Assembly: GCA_046563655.1 (NCBI GenBank)
Contig: CM102289.1
Location: forward strand, 8,308,001 to 8,372,000
Length of the DNA stretch: 64,000 nt
Source: Yuukianura sp. NJ FZ-2021
Taxonomy: Eukaryota
Direction of reading: 5' to 3'
The number at the start of each line of letters is the position of its first letter. Within the stretch, counting starts at the first letter, position 1. The translations under genes and the position numbers were made by a program. The notes under the pieces are model-generated. The model had not been told where the DNA came from and searched no databases. It was given only the letters and a program-made list of their open reading frames with translations. Shown here piece after piece: positions 48,846 through 62,513 of the stretch.

Positions 48846-49569
48846 ATGTTGCTCAAAACGGTGACAATTAAAACCAAAGCAAATAATATTAACAAGAGAA
48901 TGGAAAAATTACAAAAGCCAAAATTTGGAAAATTGAAAGTTTTTGTATTTTTAGGCTTTTAGCTGCACCTTATTCAAAAATGTGACACAAATGAACAAAT
49001 TGAACGCGATCCGAAAATTCAGTTTCGCGCCTCCACCACTGGACAAATACGTTCAAGTTTTGCCAATCATCAAATTGTCGCCAAATTATCCCAACGGTAA
49101 AATTTTACTTGGAAAATGGAATTATGGAAACTATCAAGGCAGATACACTGGACTCATTGAGAAAATGCCGGTTGACCCCAACGAGCCTCAAGATCAGTTT
49201 CGTTCTACACTGGAAAAATTTGCACAAAAGCTCGTTCCGGCTGAAATCCGGGGTTACGTTACGGATGTAGAATGTAAAGGAATTTTGAAATTCGACGGTC
49301 CACCGGATTCACTGGAGTACATTTGTGTCGCCAATGTCAAGAGTCTCATTGACATCAAAACAGTCACTTTTAACAAAGATTATCCCTACAACTTGGAGTG
49401 GTTTGATGTAAACCGAATTCCATTTGACAAGATGCCGGCAGATGACGAAATTTGGTATCCACTCATCATGCAACAAAAATACATCAAAGGATTCTTCAAT
49501 TTTGGTGGATTGGAGGCACGGTCAATCAAGTCGTATCACATTGTAGAGGTTACCGATTTGCAATTATAA
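48846..49569 (+). CDS. MTH1/NUDT1-like Nudix-fold protein with a degenerate Nudix box (probably 2 exons, ~209 aa)
   Basis: Main exon 48955-49569 follows acceptor ttttgtatttttag. Candidate first exon 48846-48860 (ATG..ACG|GTGACA, phase 0) is less certain. The C-terminal WFDVNRIPFDKMPADDEIWYPLIMQQKYIKGFFNF and N-terminal KILLGKW..G...GRYTGL resemble MTH1. Confidence 0.8.
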
Positions 49570-49778
49570 ACTCAAAGAGGAAAAAATTTCGAAAAGTTTT
49601 AGCATAAACTGTATATGTCCAAAAATGTCTAAAATCTAGTCCCAAAAGAATTCTAAAGTATCTAATGTCTACAAATAGAAAATTCTGAATATTCAAAATA
49701 ACGAAAATTTGTAATCGTAAAGGATGTGTACACTGTCCAAATTTTAAATGTCTAAAAATCCCAAAATTTGAGTGTCTA

Positions 49779-50279
49779 AAAATGTCGAAAAATAAAAATT
49801 AATGGTTCGGGGTTAGAATTTGGAATAGAAGTTTTTAATTTTAATTATAAATTAGGCTCAAACAAATTCAATGAAAAAAATAAGTTTTGACGTCGTATTT
49901 TTTTTTGAAAAATAGTTTCAAAAAGTTTTCTAAAAATTGAATTTAGCTGGATAAGGTTTTTGACTGAGAGCTTGTTTTGTGAATTTGAGATCCAATTGAG
50001 CAGAAGCGATTCTGATAGAGGCTCATTTGACATTTTATCTAAAACGAAATTGAAAAATTTCACACGTTCAAAATTTTTCATTAAGTTTGCGTACCCAAAA
50101 ATGTGGAGAACTTAATTCTCCAAAGAACGTTTAAAGTATCTAAGTTTCACATGTCTAAAAAATCCGAAGTGCTAAATATTCAAAAATGTCGTAAAGTAAA
50201 AATCAATGGTTCTAGGTTAAAATTTGGAATAAAAGTCTTTAATTTCTCACAATTTTAATTATAAATTAGGCTCAAACAA
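49779..50279. repeat. Dispersed direct repeat of ~90-100 bp (about 49779-49866 and 50182-50279)
   Basis: aaaaatgtcg..aaa.taaaaat.aatggttc..ggtta.aatttggaata.aagt.tttaattt...ttaattataaattaggctcaaacaa occurs twice and brackets the duplicated exon. Confidence 0.8.
49870..50065 (-). pseudogene. Diverged partial duplicate of the GRAM gene TM exon and flanks, with the TM-coding part deleted
   Basis: ttgactgagagcttgttttgtgaatttgagatccaattgagcagaagcgattctgataga (~49960-50019) matches 51559-51618. ttgacattttatctaaaacgaaatt matches 51689-51713. The intervening TM-coding part is missing. Confidence 0.8.
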
Positions 50280-51156
50280 CTTAAAGATTTTAGGTTATTA
50301 ATTAATTTGGGCACAGAATTTGAATTTGTTTTACAAATTACAATGGATGAGGATGGGTGAAATTGGAGTTAGAGCTGCCGCCATGGGCTAGGCGCCAACT
50401 TTCAAAATAACTTTAAACTAAAAATTGACACCTTCAAGGAGCACCAGGATTTTCAACACACGGGATTCGGGGTTGCTAATTACTGTAACGCTAATTAACA
50501 AACCAAGTTAGCTGTTTGTAAAATTACTGACTTGAATTCAAATTTTGAATTTTCAGTTTCAACGGGCTAAATTTTGACAAAAGATGGGATTTTACAAAAT
50601 ACGGAAAATGGTGAGTTTCCAGTTTCGAAGCTATTAATCTTACTACTTATTTTATCTCCTCAAAATCTAGTTAACAAGTGAACTAAATATTTATGGGAGT
50701 TCAAAAGTAGAAAATTAATTGAATAAGTTACGGAATAAGTACAAGTGAAAACTGAAAACGATTAAAATTTTTAGTGCCAAGAGTATATTTAAATTTAAAT
50801 TGACTTTTTAACAAGTGCTTTTTTCTCCTGCTTTTTCACAGACGCGCTTTCAAGTGACTGCTTTCAGTAGCCCTCACAATTGTCAAATTTTTGGTTCAAG
50901 AGAGTTCGAGTTATAATTAGTTTTAAAATTAACTAATGTTAAAGATGTTAATGTTTTATCACGAGGTCAATCACTAGTAAACTGGTTCTTTTTAAAGCCT
51001 ATGGATTCCAAAAACTCTTGAATTAAACCAAGAATTAGCTAATTATCGCCCCTCATTTTCTGCTCCATGAGCTAACTCTTGCAATTTTCAAATTCTTCTT
51101 TTCCAAATTTTTGTTGAAAAATTTGCCAACGACGAAGCTTATTTGCTTGTTCAGTG

Positions 51157-54100
51157 CTATTCCTTAGATTGACTATGAGACTGATACGATCCTTCTGATA
51201 TCTTGGCATTCTCCGCCTGACTTGACATGAACAGAAGCGATAACGCTTCCAGCGACTGTCTCACCTGAAAAGCCAAAATCAAAATTTCGAATCACTTCAA
51301 ACATTTTTCAAAAAACTGATTCCCAATTTTGTAAAATGTTCAATTTACTCTAATTATTTGCTGCAGGTTCATGTTGATGTACTGATGAATTTCTTCCGCT
51401 GAGCTCGAATGTAGTTTGTTTTGCCACAATAGAAGTTCTTGGTAAAATTGATCACTGAACAAAAAATAAAATTTTCGACTTTTTTTTAAAAATAGTTTTA
51501 AAAAAGTTTAAATTTTTTTCCAAAAAGGGTATTTCACCTGTCGCGAAACGTTGGATTATTGAGTGAGAGCTTGTCTTGTAAATTTGAGATCCGATTGAGC
51601 AGAAGTGCTGCTGATAGAAATAAAATGACTAGAAGTGCAGTTGCCAGTAGAATCAGAGAAGGACCTCGACCTTTGACCTCAGATTCAGTTGACTTTTTAT
51701 CTAAAACAAAATTTCAAAATTTCAAAAAAAGTTCAAAATTTGTCATTCCGGTGCTCAACTCACTAGAGAAAGTGGCGAGTGAAGCTACAGGATGATTAGC
51801 TTGGACAACAGAAGTCCGATGTGGGATGCGGGTGAATGTGGTTGATGTGCCTGTTGTAGCCGAAGTACTTGGCGCAGTGCCAACAATGGAAGCTGTGCTG
51901 GCGCTTGCGTGGAGCGGATGGAGGGATGCTACTGAGAGGCCTTTGAGGGAACTACTGCTTTGGGAACCAATCAAATTGCTCCGACCACTCGGACTACCCG
52001 GCAAATTTGAAGCTAAGGCTTTTGGCGCCGGGAGTTTTCCGGTAGAAGGCGAAGAGGGTTCAATTGTAGAGTCATTGCCGCTTCCAGACTCTGCTGAAGA
52101 TTCGTCTGGAACGCTGAGGTCACCGCTACATTTGTCCTCTTCCTTCAGTTTCTATTTGAACAAAATTTTCAAAAAATTAATCTAAAATTTCAAAATTTGG
52201 ATTCTTATGTCTTACACTTGTGATTTTCAGAACTTCTTTGGCCTCTTGATCGATACTGTAGTTCCAGACTTTGCACATCAACTTGTACGTAGTGTCACGC
52301 GACAGAAGGGACGCAAAAACATGCTTTTCGGATCTCGTGCAGATTCCCACAGCATTCGGAATGATTTTTGCCGTGCGTTCTTTCGTAATTCGAACAACGG
52401 AGCAAACTGGAATAAGAAGCTGAAAGAAAAAAAAAGTGTAAAATCAGTCAATTTTTCAGAAATTTAAAAAAAAATCTTTATTTCTTTCCTAACTCTTCTA
52501 ACTTTCATTTTTTTTTGAATTTGAATTTAATTTTTTGAATGGTATGCTGACGCAGGCAGTTGCTTAACACCACAATGAAAATTATTCCATGACTAAAAGT
52601 TGAAGTCGTAAAAAATCAATCTCGTGAATAATTGATGTTTTTAGTACCTTTGTGACGTATCCAAAAACATTGGAATAGAATGCAAAATTATTTTCTGTAA
52701 TGTAGAGATATCCTTGAAGCAAAATATCTCCAACTAGGGCGCAAGAGTAATCTGAAAACCAGAAATTTGTCAATCAATTTTGAAATTTCAACTTTTTTGT
52801 TCAAAATTCTTTAAAAAATTGTCTAAACTTACAGTCAAGTACTTTTTCATCTGGAGCAACCGTTTTGAAATGACGATGAAATTTTTTCTGTCGTGATTTG
52901 GATGAGCTTGGAGCCAAAGTCAGTTCAGAGTCGGATCCCATTGCTCTCAAATTCGTCTGAATTGCTGGAGCACTAGCACTCAGATGCTTGAGGGATTGTC
53001 TGCAAATAAAATCAAAAATTATATTTTTAGTACTTCTTTTCCTCATTTCTTCTCAAAAGTCAATTTCAGAAAACTTCCACAAAATCCAGTGTTTGACATA
53101 TCAAGTGATCTGCAAGAGAAAATCTAACCTTGAGTTCCCACAACCCTCGTAATAATCGTAAACATGTCGCCTAGTAACGAACTAGTTTACAGACTTAATA
53201 ACCCCCCATTCTACTTTTGGGGTTTGCAAAAACAAAGGATTTGCATTTGCGAATTTTTACACCCAAAACTTGCAAATTTTAAGCAAACAATCAACACTCC
53301 AGGGAAGAAAACACTAAGAAATTTGCGCCAGCAATTCAAGTTCCAAGTGAATAAAATTCTGGTTTTTCAAAAAGGAAAAATTAAAAGTTGTTCCAAGGTT
53401 AGCTTGCGGACAACTTGCATGTCAAGTCTGAAAAACTTTTTCTTCAAGTTCTAATTACACTTGTGAATTTTTAATTGTTAGTTTCATTTCCTAAATGGTT
53501 TTTAGCCTAACAAACTAACCTAACAAATAGTAAGACATAATCCACCATACTTCTAATCCATAACTTCGCTTTTACTTATACTAATCCCCATGCGTTAATT
53601 TTCAAAATCCATTTTTCACTATGGTCTTAGACTTTTAGGCTAAGAAGGAATCACGAAATTTTAGGATAAAAATTGAAATTGAATTTTGTCTAAATTCAAA
53701 CTAACAAATTTGATGTTTCCAGAAAATGCTGAGCATTTTGCACTTCGAATCCATTTTCGCTTCCTCCTCCACTGCCGCTTTCCTGCTCTTCCAATCGCTT
53801 GCTGGACTTCCACTTTCGCATCTTGGTTATTGTCACAATCACGTTTTTTAAATTGTTCAGTTTCATTCAAGTCCATTTATATCACTGAACGAACACTTTT
53901 ATAGAATTTTTTTTTGAAATATAAACAAACCGCAACAGGAAAATTTCGGATTTTACTAACTTCCAAGAAACTTTCTAATTTCCAACTCTTCCTGGAGCTT
54001 TAGTTTTTCCAGTAACTGTGTTACTGGAGCTGCAGTGTCCTCACTATTAAACTACGCGACTAACATAACCAACTGCTGAAAAGCATATGTTATACGTCAT

Positions 54101-57100
54101 AACTGCTTATGAAAATGTGGTTTGTGGCTTTGGTTTTACATTCTATCAAAAATTTAATCCACACTTTTTCAATGCACGAGATACAACTCTAAGCAGATTT
54201 GAATTTCACAGGTTTAAAAAACTGAATTTGATTTAAACTTTTCCAGGAAATCACTTTCAGCAAAATGCAGAATCAGCTACTAAAAATGTCAAAATTCCAA
54301 AACCGTTTTTCCTAGGAATGAAGATCACGACGCATCTTTATATCAACAGCAAAGTCCATGAAAGCTATTGTAAAATATCTAATCAAATTTTCATTTTGAG
54401 AGGCTATTCATCCATCCCTGGAGCAAATCAGAGTAGAATGTCATCTAAATTGAAAACAGGTTGAAAACTATACTAAACACTTATCTAATACTGATTCGAG
54501 TGTTTGTATTCCACCTGTTCACTGATTAGTCATGTTCTGGACAACGCAGACAAGGTTCATACTTCCATGACACCAAATGCCATGGACACAATTTCCATGA
54601 TAAATCAACTTTTACATGCCGCCACTTCTCGAAAGCTTCGATTTTGAAAAAGTAGAACAGAACACCGAAAAACTAAAAATCAACACCTCAGCCGCACCCT
54701 CTCTGCAATTCCAAGGTTCCAAGATGATACGAAACTGCTGCAAACTGCAAATTTGCTCTCTAACATCTTAAATTTTTTGTTAAATAAAAAAAGTCTGGAC
54801 AACTCTGACTATCTGTTGACCTGTGACCTAAATTTTCCACTTCTGCTAAACTAAAACAACAACTCAACTTTGATTTGAAATGACCGTGACTGAAAGCAAC
54901 TCAAGACAGACGGAGAATTGGCTCTTGAGTTCTGTCCGGTTTGGAAGAAATTTTGAGACTAAAATTTTCCAAAAAGCAAAACTGAAAACCGAATTCGGGG
55001 GAGAATTGACAAAAAGTGTTTTAGACTTAAAAGCTTTATGGCTTTTTGGTTTAGCCTTGAAGGTGACAGTGGAGCGATCGAAGTCCGTCATCCCCTGCCT
55101 GCATGATTGTCAACCATTAACTTTTTATGGACAAGGCTGGAACAGAGTCACAGTTTTTTCCAAAATGGAAAAATAGCTCTAAAAGGGGGTGAATGGAAAA
55201 AATAAGTAAGGTGATGTGCATTAATTATGAGGATTGGACACGGGGATTGGTTAGACGTTTAGTATTTTGGATAAATGACGGAAAACACTGAAAAGGAAGA
55301 ACGTCTTGGGCAAAATACCAAAATTTTAAGCACGAGTTTGATTGCTTTTGTGTTTTTCTTTTTGTGTTTTTGCAACTATTGGTCAAAACGGTTATTAATA
55401 TTTCATAAACATTGGAAAAGCTGAAATTATGGGTTTCCGATGTTCCATATTTCCAATACGTCGTTTACTGCGTTTTCAGAAACTCAAGGTCGTTCCAATT
55501 TTAGAAAAAAAAAATGATTTTCAAAAGACCCAACAAAAAATTTTTAAAGGAGAAACTCTGTTTTTTCAAAATTTTTAATTATTATTTTTGGAGAATTTTT
55601 TTTTAGTGAAATTTTGAATGTGATGTTGATGATATGACATCTATGATTCAGCATCGCACGATTTTTCAAGTGTTAAGGGTCAAAATTCCACATATCACTT
55701 AACTTTTTACTCATAAAATTCAGTTTCGAATTTGGTTTTAGTTGAATAAAGTTTCAAAAAACTTGGATTTTGGACTGTGTGTAATTGGTATTACTCATTA
55801 ATTGTAACAGTGTTATCACCTGGTGGCTGCAGTCACTGTTGCAATGGGCGGAACCACTGTACCAAGTGGCTGGAGCGACGCTTCTGGAGACGAAATGTCG
55901 TTGTCATGGTTATCGTCACTTCCTTGGCCACCGTTCCCACCGTTGGACTGGTCATTGCTTTCCAGCAACGAAACCGTTCCAGAACTCCCTCCGCCACCAC
56001 TGCAAAAAAAATGTAAAATTGAAGCAAAAATTCAACGCCAATGTATTCTTTCTCCAAAAATTTTCTACCCTACACTATTAGACAAAATTTCACCTTGGTG
56101 AAAGTATTTTTATTTTCAACAAAATAAGAAATAAAAAATGAGCAATTAAAAACTTTTTAAATCGACGCCTCTTTCACGAAACGATCAGACAATCACAAAA
56201 AGTTGATGAATAAAAACACGTCGACCAGGATATGTTTAAAGGCCTTGTACAACAATACACTATTCAAGAATAGGTTAATTAACCTAAATACCATTTACGT
56301 AAATGCTGTTAACAACAAAACGGAGGCATTTTTCATTTTGCCAAAAACAAGGTCAAATGTGGTTTAATTTTAAACTTCAAACTCCCAGCAAACGCCTATT
56401 GCCAATTACCTTGTTCCACCTAATCTAAAAACTACGAGTTAATTTAACTTAACTTAAATGCTTTTAAACTAAGCAATTAAAACCACGCGTACCTGAGGGA
56501 TGGGAGAAAACAAAACAATTAGTTTCAGCGAATGGTGTTAAAGTCCTTTCGACCTCCAAAAAAATTTCATTTTTTTTACTTTCTATGAAACTTCCAAATT
56601 TCACTCAAAATGCACTCAAGTTTGTCCCCAAAGTCGTCAAAATTCGACACAACTAAAAATTAGAGTAAGGTACTAAAAGAAGGAGAGAGTTGACAAAAAG
56701 TGACGCTTCAAAATTGATGTTGTCTCACAACGAGTTAAAATTGCAAAATTTCGCCATTACTCTCCATATAGAATGAAAAATGCAACTTCAAATTCAACCC
56801 CCTTTGTCTAACCACAATTTCTGCAATTTGTTGTGAAATCATCCATAATATACCAAGAAGCATTGCTAAGCAACGCGTTGCAACGTTCGAGTTCGACAAC
56901 TTCAAAAGAAAACTCAGCCAAAATCAAAACTTTGCGCGTCATTTGTAGACTCGTTACATCAGTCACGATCACTGATCAAAGAATTCAATTTCAATGTGTT
57001 TTTTCAAAGTATCTCACCTTTCCTTGCGAATCAATGAACCAAAACCATTTTGCAACATGGAGTTGCGCACAACATTTTTAGTCTGTAGTCCATCAATTTC

Positions 57101-57442
57101 ATTTTCCTTGTCATTGTCTTTGTCACTTGAGGCTATTTGACCTAAATGAGGCTGTTTCAGCACAAGGTCAATGCCCGGGCCAGATTCTGTTCCGTTGGTC
57201 ACCTCGCCATTTGAGGTCGTCGACCCCTCGTGACTGAAACACTTTTTGAGTGCCTGGTACTTTGCGCCAGCATTTCTTTTTGGTGGAACAGGAATACTGG
57301 CAGCACATTCACCGTCACAACTACTAGTACTGTCACGACCGCCACAATTAGAACTGGCGATGCTGGCAATTGGGGACGACGAGCGTCCTTCCTTGCAAGA
57401 CTGACTACGACCCTGCACTTTCTTGCTTCTGCTGATTAACAT
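51157..57442 (-). CDS. GRAMD2: GRAM-domain protein with C-terminal TM, GRAMD2-like (9-exon model, ~614 aa)
   Basis: Exons 57442-57018, 55999-55820, 52999-52833, 52751-52648, 52419-52216, 52151-51764, 51700-51538, 51454-51349 and 51264-51157 are all GT-AG and phase-consistent (1845 nt). GRAM domain: FHRHFK.V..DEKVLDYYSCALVGDILLQGYLYITENNFAFYSNVFG...ITKERTAKIIPNAV....EKHVFASLLSRDTTYKLM. TM: LILLATALLVILFLSAALLL. No VASt domain is visible. The first two exons are less certain than the core. Confidence 0.88.
53706..53821 (-). CDS. Candidate alternative first coding exon of the GRAM gene
   Basis: ATG at 53821, encodes MRKWKSSKRLEEQESGSGGGSENGFEVQNAQHFLETSN and ends in phase 2 at donor TT|GTTAGT. 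This matches the phase-2 acceptor at 52999. Confidence 0.5.
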
Positions 57443-58675
57443 TTTAGGTTTGGTTTTTAGGACCTAACTTTTAGCACTCTGCTTTAGTAATCAGCATGAC
57501 TATGAAAATTTTAGCAAAAACATGAAAAATTCGACAAAATTTAAAAAATTCAACACTGCCGAGATGAAATTTGAACTTTAGTCGGCGTCTAATCGAATCC
57601 ACTTGAAAAATGAATCAAGTATTGTGCAAGACAGATACAAGTAAGCAGGAGCACTGCAAGATTGCAACTGTGAAGAGGCCACTAACTTCGTTCTTCTGTC
57701 CAACACTAAAAGATAAACTAAAGTTCAAATCTAGAGGGATACAAGTATCGACCTAACGGCAAAAAAGATGAGAGGAGAGAAGAAAAACTGATTCAAACTT
57801 ATTTTTTCAAAAGATGTTCATTCAATCTTAGCACTACTTTGAGATGCCACACGAACAAAATCCCCCATGACTTGCAAACCGAAAGAAAATGAGAACCTGA
57901 CGAAGCAAGTTTGCAAAAAACGACAAAGTTCTTTGCCTGTCTCTCTTCTCACTAATAACAACTTTTGCAAACTGTCTAAAACTTCAACCGGCGAACCACG
58001 AAGCTCTCCTAAGTAGTTACCACCAGAAAAAAAAAGTTTTGCAAAACTTTGGATGATGCTTTCGTGGTCTATACACTTTTTAGCACAAACCTAACCTGTA
58101 TAAGTTCAACATCAACGGTCAGACACCTACACCTATCTCTCTCAAAAAGTAAAAAGTACAAGGACTAAGATGGGGGATCAGAGAATTTAGGCTACATCTA
58201 TAGACTGAAGCATGAAAAGCATCACAACAATGAACACTACAAAAAATGAACGTTAACTATAGACTTTTGTTACATTTTTTTTTACGTTTTTGTATGAAAA
58301 GAGTACTTTTGTGGTAAAAATGTTTCATATTACGTGGAAGGAGATGATGATGATGATGGGAACATACAGATGAGAGAGGAAGTTTGAAATTTGGAAGCTT
58401 TTTGTTCCCGTGTCCTTGATCCCACTTCATTACTAACTAAATTCCCAAGCGCCAAACATTTACGTTTTGCAAAATTCAAAAAATAATAATAATAAAATAA
58501 TAATAATAACAAAAATAATAAAGTTAAAAAAAAGCATTCGAGGTGCAATTTTCCATGAAACTGTACATACAACTCAAACTAATAAAAAAAGAAAAAAATA
58601 ATAACTTTTTCGATGGCTTTTTGGCTTGCGTGCAATTAAAACTTTGCTAATACTTTTTTTATCTTGTATAATCTG

Positions 58676-59372
58676 CAGAGGCGCAAAACATATGTTGTTA
58701 AAATCTTGAAAAAAAAGTGAATAAAAATTTTTCCGAATTGCGCAAAAATCGGTTTTTAAAATCGTCTAATTAATCGGCGACTATGTTGTGAGTATGTTGT
58801 GGCTATATTGTGGCTATGTTGTGACTATGTTGTGGCTATGTTGTGACTATGTTGTGGTTATGTTGTGGCTATGTTGTGACTATGTTGTGGCTATGTTCTG
58901 GCTATGTTGTGACTATGTTGTGGCTATGTTGTAGCTATATTGTGGCTATGTTGTAGCTATATTGTGGCTATGTTGTGACTATGTTGTGGCTATGTTGTGG
59001 CTATGTTGTGGCTATGTTGTGGCTATATTGTGGCTATGTTGTGACTATATTGTGGCTATGTTGTGACTATGTTGTGGCTATATTGTGGCTATGTTGTGAC
59101 TATGTTGTGGTTATGTTGTGGCTATGTTGTGACTATGTTGTGGCTATGTTGTGACTATTTTTGAAAATTATATAAAAAAAAATTATCCCAACACTACATG
59201 GACCCTTGATTAACGATTTGTGCATGACAAATTGTCTAAAATTTGCAAAAAGGCCACTTTTTTGGCAAAATCTTAGAATATTTTGCTAAATATTTTTTAC
59301 AATTTTTTTCAAGAAATATTTTTTAAAAATATAAAAATATATAATATGTAAGAAAATATGTTTTGCGCCCTG
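58676..59372. mobile_element. Non-autonomous hAT-like element carrying an 11-bp minisatellite
   Basis: TIRs cagaggcgcaaaacatat / atatgttttgcgccctg. Perfect 8-bp TSD ataatctg at 58668-58675 and 59373-59380. Confidence 0.88.
58779..59157. repeat. 11-bp tandem repeat (g[g/a]ctat[g/a]ttgt), ~34 copies
   Basis: Directly visible array inside the hAT-like element. Confidence 0.97.
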
Positions 59373-62300
59373 ATAATCTGTGATGTTTTCCGAGAACATC
59401 AGATTAAGCAAACATTTTGGCGCCAATTTTTTAAACTCAAAACTGACCTACCTTTAGCAATGCTCCGGAAAGTGTTGAATTAAATTCTTAAGCTCTACAA
59501 AATTTCCGGTTTGTGAAAAAGCACTTTGGATACAGTGTCCACAAAAATGAATTTTTGTGATAAAAGTTGGCACTATCAAGTCAAGTGGTTTTTATACAGA
59601 GGCAAGCAAAAGACAAAAGAGCGTATTATTATAAAACTTTTCCAACAATTGTGTTTTATTTTTAGAAATTTAAAATGTGTGTCGTACATTAAAGTGCTAA
59701 AATTCACAATAGTACTTTCCTCGCATGCATGTAGGAATTTTTATGAACCATTGTTTCAAGTCAATGCATAAACAAAAATGGAAAAGCGTTTGGTTTCCAG
59801 TGAGCGTTTAGTCTTTATACGCTTTTAATTTTAATTAAAACTACGTAACTGCAAAAATTAAAAGCTACTGGACAAAAAATTTTCATTCAATACAGTAATT
59901 TTTGAAAAACAGGAGAATTTTGGAAACTTTTTGCAAAATTCTCCTTTTTTCTGAGTAAGTTTAATAGGCAAATAGGACAAACGGAAATGGCCAAAGTTTT
60001 TTTTTCACGTTTCGTTCAGCTCTAATTGTCAAAAAAAATTCATAAGGGTGCCCAAAAAGGCGAAATTTTAACACGCGAAAAAAGGTTTCGACAGGTCATC
60101 AGCAATTCAAAGAAGCGCACGTCTGTAGCATACAATTATGATTTTTCTGTAGAAAACTATTATTTAAACTTGACTTAAACTTTTCCTTCTTGCGAAAACT
60201 CATAGAATTTTCACACAAAAACTATAGGTAAACAATAACCAATTTCAAATTTCAGCAGTAGATAATTTTATGGGCAACAAAAGCGTGGAAGTGACCACTC
60301 AATTTCGGATTATCAAAAATTTAACTCAATCAAGTTTTATGAAGTTCTTAACATTTCAAATTATAACATTTACACATTTAGCCGTTTGACCGTTGGTGAC
60401 CTCTGCTTAGAAATTTGGCGCTTGGCGCTTTAATATACTTTTTAGTTGCAAAGCGTCAGTCACTCATGTTTACTTTTCAATTTTTTCAGTTTTTGTGCCA
60501 ATTTCCTTGTTCCATAAAATGTTGATACGCGGCGGTTGTCAAAATAAATCCGTTGGGGGCAGAGCGTTACAAGACATTTTCAAAAAAATTATTTTAAAGT
60601 TTGAAAAAGAGGAAAGTTCAAATGTCGGCAGACCAGAAAGCACAGGAACAAATGGCACATTTGTATTCAAAAAACGGAACAGTTTTAAAATTCTTTGAGC
60701 ATCATATTTTTCCATCTGCTAACTTTCACTCAAAACTTAAAAAGTTCAAAACTAGGTCACTCTTGAAGCAAAAGAATCCACTTCCTCATAGTTCCGTCAA
60801 GGTTTAACTACTTCACAGTCAATGCTCCAAAGAACTTGTTTAAAAAAATAAATCTGTCAACTTTGAACCAAATTGGATCCTAATTTTCAAATCATTAAAA
60901 AGTTTCATCAGATCTGCCAGATATTTGCCTTGATTGACTTGCAATCCAGGAAATAATTGTCTTCACAAAAGCAATCTGCTGAAACTGATGAATTTTCCGT
61001 ACCATCAAAAACTTTTTGCTGAAATGCTTGCAGCAAATACCATGAAAAAGGAATTTGCTGCCAAGGAAAAAGTTGATCACGCCATATCGAATTATTAAAG
61101 AAAAGTTTTTGCCTTGTCATTTTTCTCAGAGAACTTTTCCCTAGAACTTTTGTGCTGAAAGTTCAACGCCTTTTCATTTCCGGCCTAAAAACAGAAGACA
61201 ACGGACATTTTTCAAACAAAAACCTAAGAAAAAAAAAGACTAAAAAGAAACAGAAGAATAGACAAAAAAAAAACGCTCAACCTCGTGATCAAAATCTGTT
61301 TTCGGAAAATTCTCATCACAAAATTGCAAACCTTGCAAAATTGCAATTTTGCGTCAGCAAAACCGCAATTTTAATCCGGTTTTTTCAATTTCCAGATTGA
61401 ACCAAGTCTAAAACTTCAATTCAAAATAGAAAATGACATACTTTAGACACAAAAGAAATTTTTTATGATGAAAAGGAGATTGCTCAAAATAGAGAAAATA
61501 ACAGTAATGAACGACATCCTTTGTTCTTTTCCTGTTGTCCCAAAAATAAAACCAAGTGGAAATGTCCGTTGCGTGATATGATGAATCCAGAAGATAGTGA
61601 AGCTAAATGTGCAAAAGCAATATTGATTTGTCTATTTTTGCACAGAAGAAAACAGAAGTTCTAAATTAAGAGTGTGGGTTATAAGTTCCATGATCAAAAG
61701 AAACTGATTCCGAATGAGGTCAAACCACACCCTGGTTGTCCATGAATTCGTTTTTGGCAGAACTTCATTTGAGGAAATTTCAGTTAGTCACTGTGCGAAC
61801 TTCTTTCGAAAAAAAATTTGGTAGAAGGTCAACAAACGGGGAACACAAAAGCGGAAACATGGTCTGCTATTTACGAAATACTAAGAAGAAGGACACGACT
61901 AAATTTCTTGTAGAGACTAAAAAGTGACCAGATCATGACTAAAATGAGGCCACGCCCAGGCAATTGTTCATTTAATTTTGTAAAAAGGAACTCCACCTTA
62001 TGCCTGTAATGGACTTAAATTTAGTAACAAACTAGGACTGAAGAAAATACGATAGTAACGAAGCATGTTTTTGCGCAATTTTACGCAAAATTTAGACAAG
62101 GCTCCGGAAATTTTTACTGAAAGAAAAAAATCGCTGTTCACATTTTCCTCGTACACGCGTGTTTTCCTTTTTCCTGAAATTGAAAACTTTGGAGAAAAAA
62201 AAACACGCATGTGAGGAAAGAAATTCAGTATCAAATTAATTTTCTCATTTCTAGGTTTTTAAAACTATCCGTTCTGTTGTCATTTTTTTGTTGCAAATGA

Positions 62301-62513
62301 ATTCTAGAAACGTTTTTTGAAAACAGAAAATGAAAATTTGGGTTCTCGGAAAATTTTGAAAATGAAAGTACCGAGGGAATTGAAAGCGTGAAGGAAAATT
62401 AATTAAGTGTAACTCCCAAGTCGGTAACTTTAGCTTTCTTTTAATACAAGAGCATTGTATCAATTGTAACAAGAAAATGAAATTTTTAAACTTCGAAAAA
62501 CTTTCCAAATTAC

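Noticed and set aside
51559..52467. Plus-strand ORFs over the GRAM exons
   Set aside because: Antisense shadows of the minus-strand gene.
59452..59560. A further GRAM first coding exon at the minus-strand donor AAG|GTAGGT
   Set aside because: The phase-2 frame has a stop immediately before the donor. At most this is a non-coding exon.
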